From positions 124,001 through 188,000 of the forward strand of contig NW_019028996.1 in the NCBI RefSeq assembly GCF_002105155.1: DNA of 64,000 bases, read 5' to 3'. Position numbers and translations under genes: made by a program. Source of the stretch: Lobosporangium transversale. Lineage: Eukaryota. The notes under the pieces are model-generated. The model did not search any database, was not told where the DNA came from, and saw only the letters and a program-made list of their open reading frames with translations. Within the stretch, counting starts at the first letter, position 1; each line of letters opens with the position of its first letter. Below are positions 50,000 through 61,219 of the stretch, piece by piece.

Positions 50000-50683
50000 T
50001 TAGCAACTATCAACTTTATTCTTTCCCTTGCAGCATTTGCAACTAGCAACTGGATGTGATGGCAACTGAGAGTTAAGAGAATCTACAACTTTCTCTACCC
50101 GTATGCGCATAGTCTTATACTTCTCTGATTGCTTGCGCAACTTAGTATACTTCTTGTAGAGGCGTTCATACCTCTTAGCCCATGCGAATTCTCTTTGGAG
50201 GCGGCTCTTCGCGGAATCATCGCCACTCTCCGCCATCAAACGTCTTCTCTTCCCAAGAGTCGTACACACTCCACAGCTTGACAATTCTGCTTCACTGCTT
50301 TCGCTGCCTGATGACTCTTCATCACCAGAGGGCTCCTTTCGCTTCCTGATAGGACGAGGTCCTGGGATTTCCAGAGAGGCTGATCGGCTCCGTGCCTCTG
50401 GGTGGTAAAACTGATAGTGTGCCTTTTTCCAGGCACGAGTCTCCTCGTCACTATCCCACAGATCCTCCTCACCCTCATAATCCTCGTCGTCCTCAGCGTC
50501 ATAGCTGCTCTCTTCCTCAGTATCTCCTTCGAAGTTACTGCGATTCTCCACGTCTGCAGTCTCTGTTAATATGAGTGAAGACGGAGCTGTTGAAAGCTCC
50601 GTAGGGATAAATTCATAGTCCTCATACTCATGTAGAGTTGAAGAGTCAGACAGGGGGGAAGAGGGAGAATTGTTAGAAGGCAT
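50000..50683 (-). CDS. Antisense accessory ORF inside element 1, unknown function (acidic/Ser-rich, basic coiled-coil, Cys pairs)
   Basis: 227-codon ORF from ATG 50683 (MPSNNSPSS...) to TAA at 50000, between pol stop and 3' LTR; protein-like composition. Confidence 0.7.
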   Translation of the reverse strand: MPSNNSPSSPLSDSSTLHEYEDYEFIPTELSTAPSSLILTETADVENRSNFEGDTEEESSYDAEDDEDYEGEEDLWDSDEETRAWKKAHYQFYHPEARSRSASLEIPGPRPIRKRKEPSGDEESSGSESSEAELSSCGVCTTLGKRRRLMAESGDDSAKSRLQREFAWAKRYERLYKKYTKLRKQSEKYKTMRIRVEKVVDSLNSQLPSHPVASCKCCKGKNKVDSC

Positions 50684-51253
50684 ATTGATAATTGTCTGCT
50701 GATGGCTGTTATAAGGAAAGTAAGTAATGAGTATGTGTCCCTGCAAGAAGGTGTTTGAGTAGCAAAAGTGAATACTGAGGAATGAAGGAATGAGTGAGCG
50801 TTTGAAGTTTCCAATCTTCATTCCTTTTGACCTTAATCTTCTTCATTTGCTTCGTGAATCCTCATTCGTCCTTCTGGGGGGAAGTGGATGGCGTGATCTT
50901 TTTGTGATCCCTGTTTGACAAAGGACCAATGAGATTTCTACATTTTTGACATGCTGAATAATTACTACCCACATCTCCTGTATGACACATCCTGATCCAA
51001 TGGCTGTTATATTTCCATGATCCATTTGCTGACATTACTTTTTGAGATAAAGTCTCTCTCTAATCACAAGAAAAGAAATATCAAAACAAGTTTTAAGAAT
51101 AGACACTGTGAAGTCTCACGTGAGGTTTAAATTTTTGTCCTCAAGAGGTTTATTTTTTTCCTCCTACCTTTCAACAACAAGAGGTTTTTCTTATTTTTCC
51201 TCAAGGCCTTTAGACAAGACGCCAAAAACCCTACATAAAATCTGGGGGGAAGT

Positions 51254-51423
51254 TGTTACGTCCTGAGGCTAGGGAGTGTACCCAAATGGAGCACTCCCCT
51301 TTTTATTCATAGATCAGAGCAATTAGTGACGGCTATGTTGGAGCCTATATAAGGCTCCGACCTAGCTAAAATAATAAACAACTTTTGATCTCCTTGACTT
51401 CCGATTTACCATAAAACATATCA
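51254..51423 (+). repeat. 3' LTR of element 1
   Basis: Direct repeat of 44500-44669, followed by TSD CTATA. Confidence 0.95.
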
Positions 51424-51542
51424 CTATAGTTTCTGGAGCATTTTGTTCATAGAATGTAGAAAATAAATCCCATGACCCTGAGGGTCCTTGTTATCAAAAA
51501 AAAAAAAAAAAAAAAAAAAGTAGAGAAAAACATGGATACGAA

Positions 51543-52538
51543 TTGGCTCTTCACAGCCATCCCGTGCGAACTTTGAGAGTTTCGCTTGTTTCTTCGGCAC
51601 AGATACTTCCCCCTTCTTTTGTGAGACGAATGACAGGTAAGTATATGAAGCTATGTAAGAGCAAAACACGTATGCCGTCAACCACACCCAACAGCATAAT
51701 GCATCACCCTAGATTCTATGCAATTAAAAACTTAGAAGACGCACAGACAGAGGAGCAGATATCAACCCTGTTCCTACGCCTAAATGACAATGGGTTGATG
51801 GGACGTATCTGTAGAGCACGTCTCATTGCCCTCCAGAAGCGCCTTAGGACGAGCAAGCTCCCAACTGCAGAGCCGCACAAAATAAAAGCATACAAACACA
51901 ACTTCGCATCAAGCGTCTGTAAACTAATGGCCGATCGACAAGTGAAGTTTGACTTGCAACTAGCAAACGATTTTGGGCTCCCTGGAAATGCTCTCAATAT
52001 AGCAGACATGCTTCATGGCATTGTGGATGACCAGCCTGTGCGGGAATTAGCAGCAAGAGGAATATATTATGCTGAGCAAACTCTAGACGAGGATTCGTCA
52101 CTCAAATCCTGGAATGAGGTACGTACGAAAAGGAGAGACCCAAAGGCATCTCCAGCATGGTTCCACAATGTTCAAAATGCCCTTCATGAGTCCCTTTACA
52201 CACACAACTTTATCGAAGTATGGTGTAGAGACAAAAAGAACATTCTTCAGAGACCAGACGAAGAGGAAGAGAGAGATTTAAGGGAGCTCCAACAGCTAAA
52301 TGAGGCTGAAAACAATGAGAGAGCAGATGAACTACTCACAGAAGACAATATGTTGGAGGAGCAGCCCACTGAGGATGATGAGGATGATGAAGTTGGATAT
52401 ATAAGTTACCTCAGTGACGTGGAAGAAGACCCTAGAGAGCCACTTGATCCCCTAAGTGTAGAACAGCGGGAGGAAAGAGAAAGAAGAGCACAGTGTTACA
52501 TACAAGAGGGTATGCAGGAGTATGAAGGATACACTTAG
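51543..52538 (+). pseudogene. Fragment of non-LTR retrotransposon ORF2 (region just downstream of RT)
   Basis: MPSTTPNSIMHHPRFYAIKNL...LFLRLNDNGLMGRICRARL resembles the post-RT region of fungal LINE ORF2 proteins (from recall); truncated at both ends. Confidence 0.65.
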
Positions 52539-52592
52539 GCTCGACCCAGCCCTCTCTATCTTGAAGTGTCCTTTTATGGTCATCTAAGATTA

Positions 52593-53570
52593 GAGGGGCT
52601 GGAAAAATTTTTGAGTAGTTTGGCAGAGATCCCAAAAAGGAAATTCCTTATATTTTAGAATAAGCAGCTCAATTCAATCGACATTTTCAAAAAATTGTTC
52701 GAGGTGAAGTGCATGTCGATTGTATTGAAATACTATTCTAAAATGAAAATATAACCTTTCCTTTTTGGGATCTCTGCCAAACTACTCAAAAATTTGGACT
52801 AAGGAAAAATGCACCCCCCGTCAGAATAAAATTCTGAGCCCCGGTTGAGAATTCCCTTGACCCCCCGTCAACATTCATTTTTTCGGAATTCTTACCCCTG
52901 TCCCCCCGTCAGAATTCCGGTACACCCCCCGTAAAGATTTTCAAAATGTAAATCTTTACCCCCCCGTCAACCATCTTAATTGTGGGAATCCTTACCCCCC
53001 CGTCAACATTTTGAAGCTGTTTTTAAGAGAAGATTTTCTGTTCTTGGTTATACCTAGATCTAACTAGCTATTTAGTTCGACACCATTGATCCTCTCTTAC
53101 TTTGTATCTTGCATGACAGTAGATCAGTGGATCAGTTCCTTGATGAATGATCTCTTCCTAGATTCGTATTCATCAGGTTCAGAACCCTCGGCAACTTAAC
53201 ATACACCACATGCGTCCAACATAGTCTTAAAAGAAAAAGACAAAAAAACATTGCATTATTATTCAGCGTCAACGCTTGGCGATCCTAAACCATCTTTACA
53301 ATTAATAGAGGTTAAGATTAAAATACTGTACTAGTTGTGTGGAAATCATAGGATGTAGTACTCTTTTTTTTTTTTTTTTTTTTTTTTTTGAAAATCAGCT
53401 CCAGAATGTTGACGGGGGGGGGTAAGAATTGCGCGGTTGACGGGGGGATGAGAATTCCGGAAAGAGAAATGTTGACGGGGGGGTCAAGGGAATTCTCAAC
53501 CGGGGGTCAAAATTTTATTCTGACGGGGGGGTGCATTTTTCCTTAATTCCAAAAATTTTTCCAGCCCCTC
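52593..53570. mobile_element. MITE A (TA TSD, Tc1/mariner-like) whose right TIR is interrupted by element B
   Basis: TA|GAGGGGCTGGAAAAATTTTTGAGTAGTTTGGCAGAGATCCCAAAAAGGAAA on the left; the inverse is split between ~52757-52795 and 53551-53570|TA. Confidence 0.85.
52796..53550. mobile_element. Non-autonomous TIR element B (MULE-like GG...CC ends, CCCCCCGTCA repeat modules)
   Basis: GGACTAAGGAAAAATGCACCCCCCGTCAGAATAAAATT... and ...AATTTTATTCTGACGGGGGGGTGCATTTTTCCTTAATTCC, >80 bp inverted similarity, 8-bp TSD AAAAATTT. Confidence 0.85.
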
Positions 53571-53797
53571 TAGACTGATGCAAAAGTCAAGGTAGTGTTC
53601 TAGGGGGATCTAAGGGTGCAATAAAGGTATCTTTATTCAGGGGGAACTATGCTACAGAACTAGATAGAAAAGTAGACCTATTTATACTAGTTAATATCCT
53701 GTTGCAAGGAATGCTCTAGAAATATGGGCGAAATACTATGTTGCACAAAATTATTATAGTGATTTCGCTTGCATCCTTCCCGTCATGAAGAAACCTA

Positions 53798-56700
53798 TTA
53801 TCTTGTTTTTCTTGAAGCCTCAAAGACGGCAAGCGCCTCTTTAGCGTTTGCGAGCGAAGATTTTGTTTCCCAAGTGGCTTCATCTAATGGATAGCCTTTC
53901 CAAAGAACGAGCCACTTAGGAGTTTTGCCAAACATTTTGAAGTCAATGATTTTGTCGACTTCATACTCCTCTTCTCCATCTACCAGCTCGGGGGCAGGGC
54001 GTGGTGGTGAGCGGTCGCCGAATTCACGAGGTGACTCAATATAGGGGCGAAGCAGATCGGCATTAAAGACTGGATGCTGATGCATGTCAGGCGGTAGTTC
54101 CAGCTTGTAGGCATTTTCATTGACCTTCGAAATGATCTTGTAAGGGCCTATGTACTCAGGTTCCAGTTTCTGCGACGGTCTATTTTTATGTCCCGCGACA
54201 GAGATGTTTTCCGAGCTTAAGAGCACCATGTCACCCACAGCAAACGTAGCAGGCCTGCGAGTTTTGTCCGCTTGGGCCTTTTGCCTATTCTGCGCTTCGA
54301 TAATGGCATCCTGAGCTAGCGCCAAATTCATCGACTGGGTTCGAACAAAATCACTGACAGCCGGAACATTGGTATCAGGTGGCTTTAAAAGAGATCCAGG
54401 GACTAGTGGATGGTGACCATAGTTCAGAAAGAATGGGGAGAAGCCTGTCGTAGGATTGACAGAGTTGTTGTATGCGAACTCCATCATAGGCAGTAAAAGA
54501 TCCCAGTCGTTTTGCTTGTACGATATGTAAGAGCGGAGCATTTCTTCTAATGTTCTGTTGGCGCGCTCTGTTTGTCCGTCTGATTGTGGATGGAAGGCAG
54601 TAGACATGTTAAGTTTGGTGCCCATGAGCTTCATCAACGTTGTCCAGAACTTGCCGGTGAAACGTGAATCTCTGTCTGACACAATTGTCCGAGGCATGCC
54701 GTGCAGTCTAAAAACATTGTCGAAAAAGAGTCGTGCAACATCAGAGGCAGTGTCGGTAGTTCGGCTAGCGCAGAAATGAACTTGCTTGGACAGTTTGTCC
54801 ACAAAGACCGTAATCGCGTCAAAACCTCTGGCTGTCTTCGGAAGCTTGACAATGAAGTCCATTGTTACAGTATCCCATCGTTGGCTTGGAATTGCCAAAG
54901 GTTGGAAAAGCCCTGCAGGAGGCTTTAGTGAAGGCTTGTTACGCTGGCATTGCTCACAGGAAGCAATGTATTTTTTTATATCCCTCGCCATGCGTGGCCA
55001 AAAATATGTTCGTCGCATGCTACTGTACGTTTTATCGAATCCCAAGTGGCCTGATATAGGAGCGTCGTGAGCGTCATGCAAGAGTTGTGAACGGAGTCCG
55101 TCGTCCTTGGGTATGCAGAGGCGAGGGCCTTGTCCAGCGTTGATCCAGAGTAGACCATCCACCACGAAGTAACGATCCGAGGTAGAGGCATCCTTATACT
55201 GATGCACGAGGGACCTAGAATTGGATCGTGTAGGTAGCAACTGGCTAGTTGTTTTCGAATGCCAGGGTCTAGATTGATATCCAAGGAGTTCAAAGTAGTA
55301 GGTGTAGCCTCCAAGTCCTTGAGGTCCGGTCTTCGTGAAAGAGCATCAGGGACGACGTTATCTTTACCAGGTTTATACTTGAATACGAAATCATACTCTT
55401 GAAGCAACTCCATCCATCTTGCTTGTCTGCGAGTCAAGTTCGGCTGGCTAGGAAAATGTTGTAGAGTGGCATGGTCGGTATAAACGACAAAGTGAGAACC
55501 ATCAAGGTAGTATCGCCATGTCTTCAGAGCATGCACCACAGCCAGCAGTTCTTGTTCGTGTGTAGGATAGTTGCGTTCCGCTGGGTTGAGCTTGCGTGAA
55601 GTAAAAGCTACTGGTCGTGATTCACCATTTTGGTCCGTCTGGAACAGGACAGCACCAATTGCAAAGCCTGAAGCGTCTGTTTCGACTGCTGTAGAGAGGG
55701 CAGGATCGAATATCCTAAGAACTGGTGCTGAGCTCACTGCTCTTTTCAAAGTCTCAAAGGCGTCTTGTTGAGATTTTCCCCAGTGGAATTCCTTATTGGA
55801 GCCTAACAATTGTGTGAGGGGAAGAGCAATATCAGCGTAATGAGAAATGTACTGATGGTAAAAATTAGTCAAACCAAGGAATTGCATCACATGTCGTTGG
55901 GTTGTTGGTACTGGCCATTCCCTTATTGCCTTGACAAGTCCGCCATTCGTCTTGAGTCCATCCTTGGATATGACATGGCCTAGGAACTCAGTCTCTTCCT
56001 GCATGAAGGAACACTTGGATAATTTACAATAAAGCCCAGCTTGACGCAAGAGGGAGAGTACTTGTCGGATGTGCTCTAAGTGATCTTTCTCGTTATCGGA
56101 GTAAATTAAAATATCATCGAGATACACAACAACACATTTATCAAGAAGTGGATCAAGTACGTTACGCATCATAGTCGAGAACGCTGCAGGTGCATTTGTA
56201 AGACCGAAAGGTACGACGTTAAACTCGTAGTGGCCATAGCGAGTTCGGAACGCGGTCTTGTGTTTATCATCAGGATGGACACGCATTTGATGATAGCCCG
56301 AGAGTAGATCCAGCTTGGTAAAACATTTAGCTGTTCTGAATCTGTCGATCAATTCATCGATCCGTGGTAAGGGGTACCTGTTTTTCTTTGTGATCTTGTT
56401 CAGGCCCCGATAATCAACACACATTCGAAGCGAGCCATCCTTTTTCTTCACAAAGAGGACTGGAGCACCGTATGGTGAGGTGCTCGGTGAGATTAATCCT
56501 TTTTGTAAAAGATCAGTTAGCTGCTTCTTCAGTTCATCAAGCTCAGCGATCGACAATCTGATGACAGGTCGGACAGGTGGGTCAGCATAAGGGTCAGTCT
56601 CTATACGCATGCTATCACCTCTGTCAGGGGGAAGGCCATCGGGAAGCGTTGTAGGAAAGACATCAGGGAATTCGACTTGAACGATTTGCTTGATAGAGTC

Positions 56701-57636
56701 CGGTAGTTCAGAACTACTGCTAGAGACAGGTACTGGAACTCGAACTTGGGCGAGGAATACAGAGGCATCAGGTTCCGAGGCAACGGTAAGGAAGTTAAGA
56801 GCAGATATGACGGAAGATCGCTGTCTAGGCTTCCTGTCGATGCCAGTGCAAGGCCACAAGACCGGGGTACCTTGGTATTCAAAATGCAGATCATTTGTTC
56901 GCCAATTGATGCGAGGGTTGATATCCGTCAGCCATGGTTTACCCAAAATTAGGTCGTATTTGGATAGAGGATAAACAATGGCGTTGATTTTATCCTGATA
57001 CGCGTTGCGGGCGAGGATGAACGTGGCTGTGTGCTGAGCAATTGTCTCGGTACCGTTGGGAAGAATGACAGGAATGGGTCTACCCTTAGTTAACGGAACA
57101 TGTGTGTTCTCGCAGAAAGAGGAACTTATGACATTGCCTTCGGCCCCTCCATCTACAAGAATGCGCGCAGGTCGACCATTCACTGCTCCAATGAAAGTAA
57201 GAAGTCGGCGAGAGTTTTTATGTTTGTCATAGGTAAGGCTGAAGGATTGAAGGCGAATTTCGTTACGACAATGAGAGTGGCGATTGGATGAACTAGGGGT
57301 AGATGAATGAGTGGAAGTGAGTGAAGTGGAAACAGTGAAAGGATCAGTGGAGGGGAAAATAGGGTCGGAGAGGGGATTGTTTTTTAGCAATGAGGAATGA
57401 GTAGGGGAATGGGGATCAGGATGAGGTGAATACTTAGAGAGTAGATGTAAGGAAGTAGATGCAGTGGGAGCAATAGAGTGATCAGAAAGGCGCATGGATG
57501 TTATATTTGTGCACAAAGGATTTTTATTTGTAGTCATCAACTGTAACTGACCATGCCCTCTATTATCCAGGGCTTGAAGGCTGGGGCTAGAGGGGGCGAG
57601 GCAGGCCTGGTTTACTGCTCGCCCTCCTCTTTTCCC
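53798..57636 (-). CDS. Pol (protease, RT, RNase H, integrase, chromodomain) of element 2, with a 1-nt frameshift at ~55211
   Basis: LVDGGA, YLDD, ETDASGFAIG, HDAPISGH...CEQC, SDRD, DGQTERAN, GPY, YEVDKIID...VLWKGYP; the two ORFs (54976-57540 and 53798-55240) join at DPILGP/LVHQY. Confidence 0.9.
57590..57636 (-). promoter_or_regulatory. Putative -1 programmed ribosomal frameshift signal
   Basis: Slippery G GGA AAA (57636-57630) in the gag/pol overlap, followed by GAGGGCGAGCAG...CTGCCTCGCCCCCTC hairpin; pol is in the -1 frame. Confidence 0.75.
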
Positions 57637-58583
57637 GACTCAGAAAGCGTATGGTCATTGTTTTCTATATTAAAGACAGAGGTGCGTTGGCATTGTTCGG
57701 CTCTATGACCTCGGTTCCGGCATCTGAAACAACGCCCCTCACGAACGCAACGTTCTCGTTCAGCTGCTGTGAGCTTGGGTAGCGAGCTTGGCTTGGAGTG
57801 GTTTCTGTTTGGTCGTTGCTGATGGAGAGAGGTGTACAGGTTGGCAACCAACATTCTCATGTTATCGAGATCCATTGGTGTAGGGCCAGAATTATTCTCA
57901 TGATGGGGTGATAAGGCGTTCGGGGCAGCGGATACAGGGGTGGCATCGATGGGATGTAGAATACTGTGGACAATGGTCGCCTGCTCAATGGCATCGTCCA
58001 ACGTCTCTGGCTGTCTAAGTCTTACCTGCTTGCTTGTTTCGGGCTCAAGGCCTAGCATGTATTTTTGCAAAGCAGAGTCTTTGTCGAGATTTGTAGCCAG
58101 ACGTAGGTGGCTTCTAAACTTGCTCGTATATTCTGCCACACTCATCCTTCCCTGGCGAAGTTTATCCAACGCTCGGCGAGCTGCATTCGCAGAATCTGGA
58201 GGGGTGAACTGACGGAGGAATGCTTTACGGAAGTCAGCCCAAGGTGTATCGAGATTCAACCCGGAATCTCTCCACCATGCCTTGGCTTCGCCATTGAGAC
58301 TGAGGACAGCGTATCGAACCCATTTGGATGGCGTGAGTGTGACAATAGTGTAATACTCCTCCAGGCTGTCGACAAAGTTTAAGGCTGCAACAGCGTTAAT
58401 AGCTCCTTCGTAAGGCGTAGGCTTCTGTGGCTTTAGGACCGTGGCGAGGGTTCTGGCTAGGTCATTCTCAGCGGCTTCGTTGGCTTTGGCAGTAGAGAGG
58501 GCCTGATTAAAAGCAGTAGCTATGGCTTCGCGAATGTTCAGAGGAAGATCGATGGACGAAAGGGCGTTATTCAAGTGTTCCAT
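57612..58583 (-). CDS. Gag of element 2
   Basis: LNGEAKAWW, LRQGRMSVAEYTSKF (capsid), PTPMDLD, zinc knuckle CFRCRNRGHRAEQC. Confidence 0.93.
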   Translation of the reverse strand: MEHLNNALSSIDLPLNIREAIATAFNQALSTAKANEAAENDLARTLATVLKPQKPTPYEGAINAVAALNFVDSLEEYYTIVTLTPSKWVRYAVLSLNGEAKAWWRDSGLNLDTPWADFRKAFLRQFTPPDSANAARRALDKLRQGRMSVAEYTSKFRSHLRLATNLDKDSALQKYMLGLEPETSKQVRLRQPETLDDAIEQATIVHSILHPIDATPVSAAPNALSPHHENNSGPTPMDLDNMRMLVANLYTSLHQQRPNRNHSKPSSLPKLTAAERERCVREGRCFRCRNRGHRAEQCQRTSVFNIENNDHTLSESGKEEGEQ

Positions 58584-59624
58584 GGCGAGGGGTGAAATTC
58601 ATTGGTAATTGTAGTTCTCTGGGTGTGGTCGTGGTTTCCTTTGCTACCAATGCAAAAGTCAAGGTAGTGTTCTAGGGGGATCTAAGGGTGCAATAAAGGT
58701 ATCTTTATTCAGGGGGAACTATGCTACAGAACTAGATAGAAAAGTAGACCTATTTATACTAGTTAATGTCCTGTTGCAAGGAATGCTCTAGAAATATGGG
58801 CGAAATACTATGTTGCACAAAATTATTATAGTGATTTCGCTTGCAGTAGGATACAACTTGGAGTTCTATGAGATGACCATACAGGCTGAGGGAGTATATA
58901 TTTTTAAAAAGTATGCAGATTGCTACTTGTTCAACAAAGCTGAGAACATGTTCCCACTTTGTAGGCTCCTTGAAATCCTTGAGGCAACAAAGGTACATGG
59001 TTTAAATATATTGTGATAGCGAATGAAGGCCGTACTATATCAAAACGTTGATAGTATTAACTCCACTCTGTAGATCATGGTAGAGAGGACTCTTATGAAT
59101 CTGCGAGCCGTCAAGATTGCACCATCAGATTCACCACTGGTACCTTTTAGTTGGCTTAGACCGTCTTTCGTCAAGCCAAGAAGGATATTGTTGCCAGATC
59201 AGAGTGTTCTTGTTAATAAAGTTCCATGGAAACTAACAACATCAGTCAATGATATACAAGCTAAGCTGCCGTTGTACTGTCGTCATCTAAAGCCAATCAA
59301 TAATTTCGAAATATTGACATTGTCATTCCTTTCTCCAATTTGATCTTGCTTGTCGACAATGTATAGTGCGTGCCAAAACTGATGCAATAAATTGCATTTT
59401 TCAACATTTATTTCTCATTCTCCTTCTTCTTCTTTATGACCTTCCCTGCCACCACCGTTTCTCATTCTCATTTGTCTCACCTCCATGGATTCTCATCGTC
59501 ATAGCCATCATTGGCCTAATTAGCATTTAATTGCAATTTGCTTTCAGCCACTCATTGCATCTATTATGGCAGTTAGCAACTTCCTGTTTTTATTTATTCC
59601 TGTTACTTCTCATTTACCCTAACG

Positions 59625-60490
59625 ATGTTCCCCTCATCCTCTTCGGCATACCGCAGTATAGTTTGTGTAATAATTCAGGAGGGATATGTGTCCATACGTC
59701 TTAGACTCTCTCTCAGAGGTCCCCCAATTCTTTGGCTTGTCTGGATAATAAACCAACTGCACCTTCATGTATGCCCAGATATTTTCTATTGGTTGATGAC
59801 AGGAGAGTTTGTGCAAGCGAAATCACTATAATAATTTTGTGCAACATAGTATTTCGCCCATATTTCTAGAGCATTCCTTGCAACAGGATATTAACTAGTA
59901 TAAATAGATCTACTTTTCTATCTAGTTCTGTAGCATAGTTCCCCTGAATAAAGATACCTTTATTGCACCCTTAGATCCCTCTAGAACACTACCTTGACTT
60001 TTGCAGTTTGCTGGCCATTCCATGAGAGTATCTTAGACTTTTGGATATAGATCATTGCTATTCTTCCGGTATGAATCCTACATGTAGCATTGTCCTGCTG
60101 AAAAAATTTTTGTCATTATCCATCACGTAGTAGTCCCTGGATATAAAAATATAATCCTTGAGAACGTCGAACTAGGTTACTGAATCCACCTTGTCTTGGA
60201 GCCAGCAGTCAACGCCTGGTCCTTAGTAGGTGATACAACCCCAGAACATCATTTTCCCTCCGCCACCTTGCCTTGTCTTTTTGATATGATGTGCTCGTAG
60301 AGTTTTATCCCATCGATGTTTGTAGTAGTACTTTCTTCCGCAGGACCCAACTCTGCCAAAAATGGTCTCATCTGAGAACATGACGTTCTTCCAGTCTTCT
60401 AGCGTCCAATCCCAAGTGATCCTTGGCAGAATTATATCGATCATAGATTTGCTTCTTCGTCAGACCAGGCTGCGTCTGTTTTACATATGC
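59625..60490 (-). pseudogene. Degenerate Tc1-family transposase, interrupted by a solo LTR and truncated by LTR element 3
   Basis: WTLEDWKNVMFSDET, GGGKMMFWGCI, FQQDNA, WPAN[solo LTR]...IENIWAYMK, with stops and frameshifts. Confidence 0.85.
59812..60005 (+). mobile_element. Solo LTR of the element 2 family, opposite orientation
   Basis: Reverse complement of the 195-bp LTR with a few changes; TSD GTTTG on both sides. Confidence 0.93.
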
Positions 60491-61219
60491 CTGTCGAGAA
60501 CCTAGGCTTAGGGCAAGGCAGAATGACCTTTTCCAGACTAGGCAGGTGGGTATGTAAGAGAGTAGGAGATATGTGAACAGGAACAAGGGTCAAGGAAAGC
60601 TTAGGAGTTTTATTCAAGATATCAGGTAAGGAACTAAACTAGGTGGGGAATGCGTCTCTATTTATATGTTATTCATGGGCTATGCTTATCAGTGAGTCAT
60701 AGGGCTGTATCTATCGATGACTCATGGGCTATGCTTATCGATGGGCTATGTTTATCAATGAGTCATAGGCTATGCTTTCACATGCTATGACTCAGACCTT
60801 AACCGAGCCGATGTGAGCCGAGCCGTGGTGGCGTTAGTTCGTGACTTGCTTGGCCTCGAATCACGTGGCGAGCTTCTGACTTGGTGGCTGGTATACGACA
60901 ACCTCCCTCTCTTGGGCTGAGCTCCGCGAAGCAAAGGGCGTGGCTTGTCAGGATTGCTTTTATGAAACCTATTCAGAAGGTCACCAGAGTTTTCAAGAAA
61001 CTCGATTGGTTCCCAGGATCTCTTGGAGACGGGGTAATCCTTCCAATGGACGAAGTAGTGTAAGTGACCACGAATGAACTTGGAGTCGAGAATAGTCTCA
61101 ACCTCATACTCCTTGGTTCCATCAATAATTAGTAGAGGAGCAGGCGGTGGAGTACGGCCTGGGATCTGATCTTGGTGATGTCGCTCTAGTAAGCTGACAT
61201 GGAATACAGGGTGGATTCC
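60491..61219 (-). mobile_element. 3' remnant of a third Ty3/Gypsy chromovirus (chromodomain, PPT, ~410-bp 3' LTR)
   Basis: IHPVFHVSLLE...YEVETILDSK...YFVHWKDYP...SWEP; PPT AAGAGAGGGAGG then TGTCGTATAC (60900)...TTCTCGACA (60491); internal ATGGGCTATGCTTATC repeats. Confidence 0.8.

Larger units (their letters stand above)
44500..51423 (+). mobile_element. Full-length Ty3/Gypsy chromodomain-bearing LTR retrotransposon (element 1)
   Basis: 170-bp LTRs 44500-44669 and 51254-51423, identical by eye, TG...CA ends, TSD CTATA, PPT GGGGGGAAG before the 3' LTR, intact gag-pol. Confidence 0.97.
43885..51519 (+). mobile_element. 5'-truncated non-LTR retrotransposon (ORF2 C-terminus, 3'UTR, poly(A)), split by the Ty3 insertion
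   Basis: ORF end ...EIWNKRCKVTVEWEKARGIT... stop at 44369; 3'UTR 44370-44499 plus 51424-51495; poly(A) 51496-51519; exact 21-bp TSD GTAGAGAAAAACATGGATACG at 43864-43884 and 51520-51540. Confidence 0.8.
53579..58845 (-). mobile_element. Ty3/Gypsy chromovirus (element 2), near intact
   Basis: 195-bp LTRs 53579-53773 and 58651-58845 (one mismatch seen), PBS TGGTAGCAAAGG (tRNA-iMet-like 3' complement), PPT GACGGGAAGGA, gag and pol with chromodomain. Confidence 0.95.

Noticed and set aside
58846..59343. Short ORFs between element 2 and the degenerate Tc1
   Set aside because: Fragmented with stops; could be a decayed gene or TE but no family is recognisable.
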